Of a stretch of 64,000 nucleotides of DNA, positions 60,645 through 64,000 are shown piece after piece. The position numbers were made by a program, and so were the translations under genes. Under the pieces are notes generated by a model that saw only the letters and a program-made list of their open reading frames with translations, made no database searches and had not been told where the DNA came from. The stretch lies in assembly GCA_047150005.1 (NCBI GenBank), contig AP038806.1, forward strand, positions 2,464,001 through 2,528,000. Direction: 5' to 3'. The stretch comes from Nitrospira sp. (GTDB lineage: Bacteria > Nitrospirota > Nitrospiria > Nitrospirales > Nitrospiraceae). Position 1 is the stretch's first letter, and the number at the start of each line of letters is the position of its first letter.

Positions 60645-60851
60645 ATGAAAAAGGGTATTCATCCATTGTACCGGGAAGCGACGGTACATTGCGCGTGCGG
60701 CAACAAGTACAAGACCCGATCGACTGTCGGGGACATCAACGTCGATATCTGCTCGAATTGCCATCCGTTTTTCACGGGGACGCAGAAAATCGTCGATACC
60801 GAGGGTCGGGTCGAGCGGTTTAAGAAAAAGTACGCGAAGAAGGGTAAGTAG
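60645..60851 (+). CDS. rpmE: 50S ribosomal protein L31 (Zn-binding type)
   Basis: [29 protein letters not shown]. Confidence 0.97.
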   Translation: MKKGIHPLYREATVHCACGNKYKTRSTVGDINVDICSNCHPFFTGTQKIVDTEGRVERFKKKYAKKGK

Positions 60852-60870
60852 CGAACTCTGCGAACATAGG

Positions 60871-60908
60871 AGAGACCCTGCTTCGCAAGCGGCAGGGTCT
60901 CTTTTTTT
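60871..60908 (+). terminator. Intrinsic terminator after rpmE
   Basis: AGAGACCCTGC/GCAGGGTCTCT stem plus T run. Confidence 0.85.
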
Positions 60909-60956
60909 GCCTCGAATCGTTTTCCGACAGATTGGGAAGGATCGTGTTGAGGGAGC

Positions 60957-62039
60957 ATGGAAGCCGCACTGGTGAAAAGATGGGAATCTCTCGCGAGCCG
61001 ATATGACGAGTTGACCACGCAGCTCACGGACCCCTCTGTCATCGGCCAGCCTCCTTTACTGGTCAAGTTGAATCGAGAGCGAACCGAACTCGAACCGGTT
61101 GCGCACCTCTTCCAGCGTTATCGTGACCTCCTCAAGCAGTCGGAAGACATTTCCCACATGCTTGCAGATCCGGCGACGGGTACGGAGTTCCGATCCTTGG
61201 CTTCCGAAGAAAACGCGCGACTCGATGAGGCGCTGGCGGCGCTGCAAGCCCAGGTTCTGGAGCATCTGACCCCGAAGGATCCGCGCGACGACAAGAGTCT
61301 GTTTCTGGAAATTCGGGCGGGTACAGGCGGCGATGAGGCCGCCTTGTTCGCTGGGGACCTGTTCCGGATGTATGCGAAATTTGCCGAGCGGCACAAGTTG
61401 AAAGTTGAAATCGTGGAGGCCTCCGAAACCGGAAAGGGCGGCTATAAGACGGTGATCGCGTTCATCGAGGGGAAGGGCGGCTATGGCCTATTCAAATATG
61501 AAAGCGGTGTCCATCGTGTTCAGCGCGTGCCGGTGACCGAGGCGGCAGGCCGAATCCATACGTCCACCGTCACGGTGGCGGTTATGCCGGAAGTGGACGA
61601 GGTGGACGTCCAGATCGATCCGAAGGATCTCCGAATCGACACATTCTGTTCGTCCGGTGCGGGAGGGCAAAGTGTCAATACCACCTATTCGGCCGTACGA
61701 ATCACGCACCTTCCGACCGGGGTAGTGGTGTCCTGTCAGGACGAACGATCGCAGCTCAAGAATCGCACGAAGGCCATGCGAACGCTGCGCGCCCGAATCG
61801 TCGAGGCCGAACGGGAAAAACAAGAAGCCGAAATCGCCCAGAATCGCAAAGCGCAAGTGGGAACCGGAGACCGAAGCGAGAAGATCCGTACCTATAACTT
61901 TCCTCAGAATCGGGTCACGGATCATCGTGTGGGTTTGACGCTCCATAAGCTGGAGCATGTACTGGCCGGTGACATGGACGAACTGGTCGCGGCGCTGCGT
62001 TCCCAGCGTGATCAGGCGGCTGTCTCGGAGGCTTCATGA
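60957..62039 (+). CDS. prfA: Peptide chain release factor 1
   Basis: GTGGDEA, PVT recognition loop, GAGGQSVN and RTYNFPQ. Confidence 0.97.
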   Translation: MEAALVKRWESLASRYDELTTQLTDPSVIGQPPLLVKLNRERTELEPVAHLFQRYRDLLKQSEDISHMLADPATGTEFRSLASEENARLDEALAALQAQVLEHLTPKDPRDDKSLFLEIRAGTGGDEAALFAGDLFRMYAKFAERHKLKVEIVEASETGKGGYKTVIAFIEGKGGYGLFKYESGVHRVQRVPVTEAAGRIHTSTVTVAVMPEVDEVDVQIDPKDLRIDTFCSSGAGGQSVNTTYSAVRITHLPTGVVVSCQDERSQLKNRTKAMRTLRARIVEAEREKQEAEIAQNRKAQVGTGDRSEKIRTYNFPQNRVTDHRVGLTLHKLEHVLAGDMDELVAALRSQRDQAAVSEAS

Positions 62040-62938
62040 ATCTGTCGTCTCCGGAAGCGGCCGCCGAGGAATGCCGGACGGTCGGACGGGTAATTGCCGA
62101 GGCATCTCGACAGTTATCAGAAGCAGGGTTGGACGCTGCCGACCAGGAAGCGGTCTGGTTGGCCGAATATGCGCTCGGGCTGTCGAGGCTGCAGCAAGTG
62201 CTTCATGGGAAACGTGAGTTGTCCGTCGGCGACGTCGCAGTGTTGCAGCAGCTCGTGTCCAGACGGACCGAGAGAGAACCGCTTCAATATATCCTCGGCA
62301 CGCAGGATTTTTGCGGACTCGAATTCGAGGTCAATCGCTCGGTGCTGATTCCTAGGCCGGAAAGCACCTTGTTGGTCCAAGAAGCGGTTCGCCGCGTGCA
62401 ATCGTGGGAAAGGCCGGTTCTTGTCGACGTCGGCACGGGGTCCGGTTGCCTGGCGATTGCCCTCGCCCGCCTGCTGTCTCCTCAGCAATTGCTGGCCATC
62501 GATCTCTCGTCGGAAGCCCTAAGGACTGCGAAGCAGAATGCGGCACGTCTGCAGGTCGAATCGGTGACGTGGCTGGAAGGCGACCTCCTGACTCCCCTGG
62601 CAGGACAAGGACTAGAACAGCGTGTCCGGGTGATTGTCTCAAACCCGCCCTACGTCTCCGAATCGGATTGGCCGACGCTTCAGCCAGAAGTTCGCCTCTA
62701 CGAACCCCGATTGGCTCTGGTCGCCGGCGCTCGCGGGACTGAACTGCACGAGCGGTTGATCGCCGACGCGATCCCGTTTCTGGAGCCGGGAGGGTGCTTG
62801 ATCATGGAACTCGGGCGAGGACAGAGTCGATCGTTGATCGAGCGTGTGGAGGCTTGTCCTGCGTATCAGTCGGTCGGGACGCTCCGCGACGAGGCGGGGA
62901 TCGAGCGTGTGTTGGTTGCTGAACGGAGAAGAGGATAG
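62036..62938 (+). CDS. prmC: Release factor glutamine methyltransferase
   Basis: EPLQYILG, LIPRPES, DVGTGSG and SNPPY; follows prfA. Confidence 0.95.
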   Translation: MNLSSPEAAAEECRTVGRVIAEASRQLSEAGLDAADQEAVWLAEYALGLSRLQQVLHGKRELSVGDVAVLQQLVSRRTEREPLQYILGTQDFCGLEFEVNRSVLIPRPESTLLVQEAVRRVQSWERPVLVDVGTGSGCLAIALARLLSPQQLLAIDLSSEALRTAKQNAARLQVESVTWLEGDLLTPLAGQGLEQRVRVIVSNPPYVSESDWPTLQPEVRLYEPRLALVAGARGTELHERLIADAIPFLEPGGCLIMELGRGQSRSLIERVEACPAYQSVGTLRDEAGIERVLVAERRRG

Positions 62939-62947
62939 GATCGACGC

Positions 62948-64000
62948 GTGGACAAGATCGTTATCAACGGAGGCGTCTCGCTGAAGGGAGACGTTCGGAT
63001 CAGCGGGGCCAAGAACTCCGCGCTGCCGATCCTTGCCTCGACGATTCTGGGCGGCGGGGAGTGCGTCATCAGCAATGTGCCGCGAGTCGTCGACGTGGTC
63101 ACGATGGGCAAACTGCTGGGGATTCTTGGGGCCAAGGTGACGCAGGAAGGCAACCGCGTCGTCATCAAGGCCGACGTGATCAACTCGACTCAAGCCCCGT
63201 ATGAACTCGTGAAGACGATGCGCGCTTCCGTACTTGTGCTGGGGCCGCTCGTCGCACGTTGGGGGCAGGCCACTGTGTCGCTTCCAGGTGGATGCGCCAT
63301 TGGTTCCCGTCCAGTGAACATGCACCTTGCTGGGCTCACCAAGCTGGGGGCGGAGGTTTGGGTCGAGCACGGCTATATTCATGCAAAGGCTAAGCGCTTG
63401 ACCGGTGCGTCCATCTATTGCGACGTGCCCACCGTGACGGGCACGGAAAATCTGATGATGGCCGCTTCGCTCGCTCAGGGGATCACCGTGATCGAAAACG
63501 CCGCTAAGGAACCGGAGATCGTGGACTTGGCCGATTTTCTGACGAAACGAGGCGCTCGTATCAACGGGGCCGGCACGGATATGATCACCATAGAAGGCGT
63601 TCGGGAACTTCGAGGCAGCGATCACGAGGTCATTCCGGATCGTATCGAAGCCGGCACCTACCTGGTTGCCGGTGCGATCACCAAAGGATCGATTTCCGTC
63701 GATCGATGCCGCCCGGACCATCTTGAGCCGGTCATCGCCAAACTTCGGGAAGCCGGCATGGACATTCGTGTTGAGAAGGAGTCGGTGCATCTGGATGCGG
63801 CAGGATCCGGCCGCCCGGCCGGTGTTGACATACGCACGATGCCGTTCCCGGGATTTCCGACCGACATGCAGGCGCAAATGGCGGCGCTCATGTCGGTCGC
63901 TAGAGGGACCAGCGTTATTACCGAAACGGTGTTCGAAAGCCGGTTCATGCATGTGGAAGAACTGCGGCGGATGGGAGCCGATATTCGCGTCGAGGGCAAT
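62948..64000 (+). CDS. murA: UDP-N-acetylglucosamine 1-carboxyvinyltransferase (3'-truncated by window edge)
   Basis: GTG start; translated by eye as [39 protein letters not shown] and PGFPTDMQ; absent from the ORF track because it has no stop in the window. Confidence 0.96.
   Translation, partial: MDKIVINGGVSLKGDVRISGAKNSALPILASTILGGGECVISNVPRVVDVVTMGKLLGILGAKVTQEGNRVVIKADVINSTQAPYELVKTMRASVLVLGPLVARWGQATVSLPGGCAIGSRPVNMHLAGLTKLGAEVWVEHGYIHAKAKRLTGASIYCDVPTVTGTENLMMAASLAQGITVIENAAKEPEIVDLADFLTKRGARINGAGTDMITIEGVRELRGSDHEVIPDRIEAGTYLVAGAITKGSISVDRCRPDHLEPVIAKLREAGMDIRVEKESVHLDAAGSGRPAGVDIRTMPFPGFPTDMQAQMAALMSVARGTSVITETVFESRFMHVEELRRMGADIRVEGN

Overview
High-GC bacterial chromosome segment, most likely from Nitrospira (phylum Nitrospirota). 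This is inferred from the five-subunit 2-oxoacid:ferredoxin oxidoreductase operon and the UBact-proteasome operon. About 1-15 kb is an accessory stress/sugar-oxidation island: gluconolactonase, GH63-like glucosidase, GMC oxidoreductase, NDH-2, VOC protein, sigma-54 activator, STAS protein, ECF sigma and anti-sigma, glucose dehydrogenase, a Met-rich periplasmic peptide, and a cytochrome b plus Mo-enzyme pair. Four intergenic copies of TGTAAG-N16-CGAC(T/A) tie this island together and look like the promoters of the local ECF sigma. About 15-29 kb holds a chimeric deletion-scar gene, DUF547/ferritin-like/GT2 genes, a P-type ATPase, a USP, a nuclease and a Gram-negative sortase system. About 29.7-32.9 kb is a decayed integron with the integrase co-directional with its cassettes, one intact attC, two half-attCs and REP/RAYT-like palindromic insertions. 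A fluoride riboswitch with an antiporter follows. The rest is core-like: arc-dop-ubact-prcB-prcA-pafA, a tRNA-Asn(GUU) split by a 246-nt group I intron inside the anticodon, forDABCE-like OGOR, rho, rpmE, prfA, prmC and a partial murA. All calls come from reading the sequence by eye; no database searches were run.
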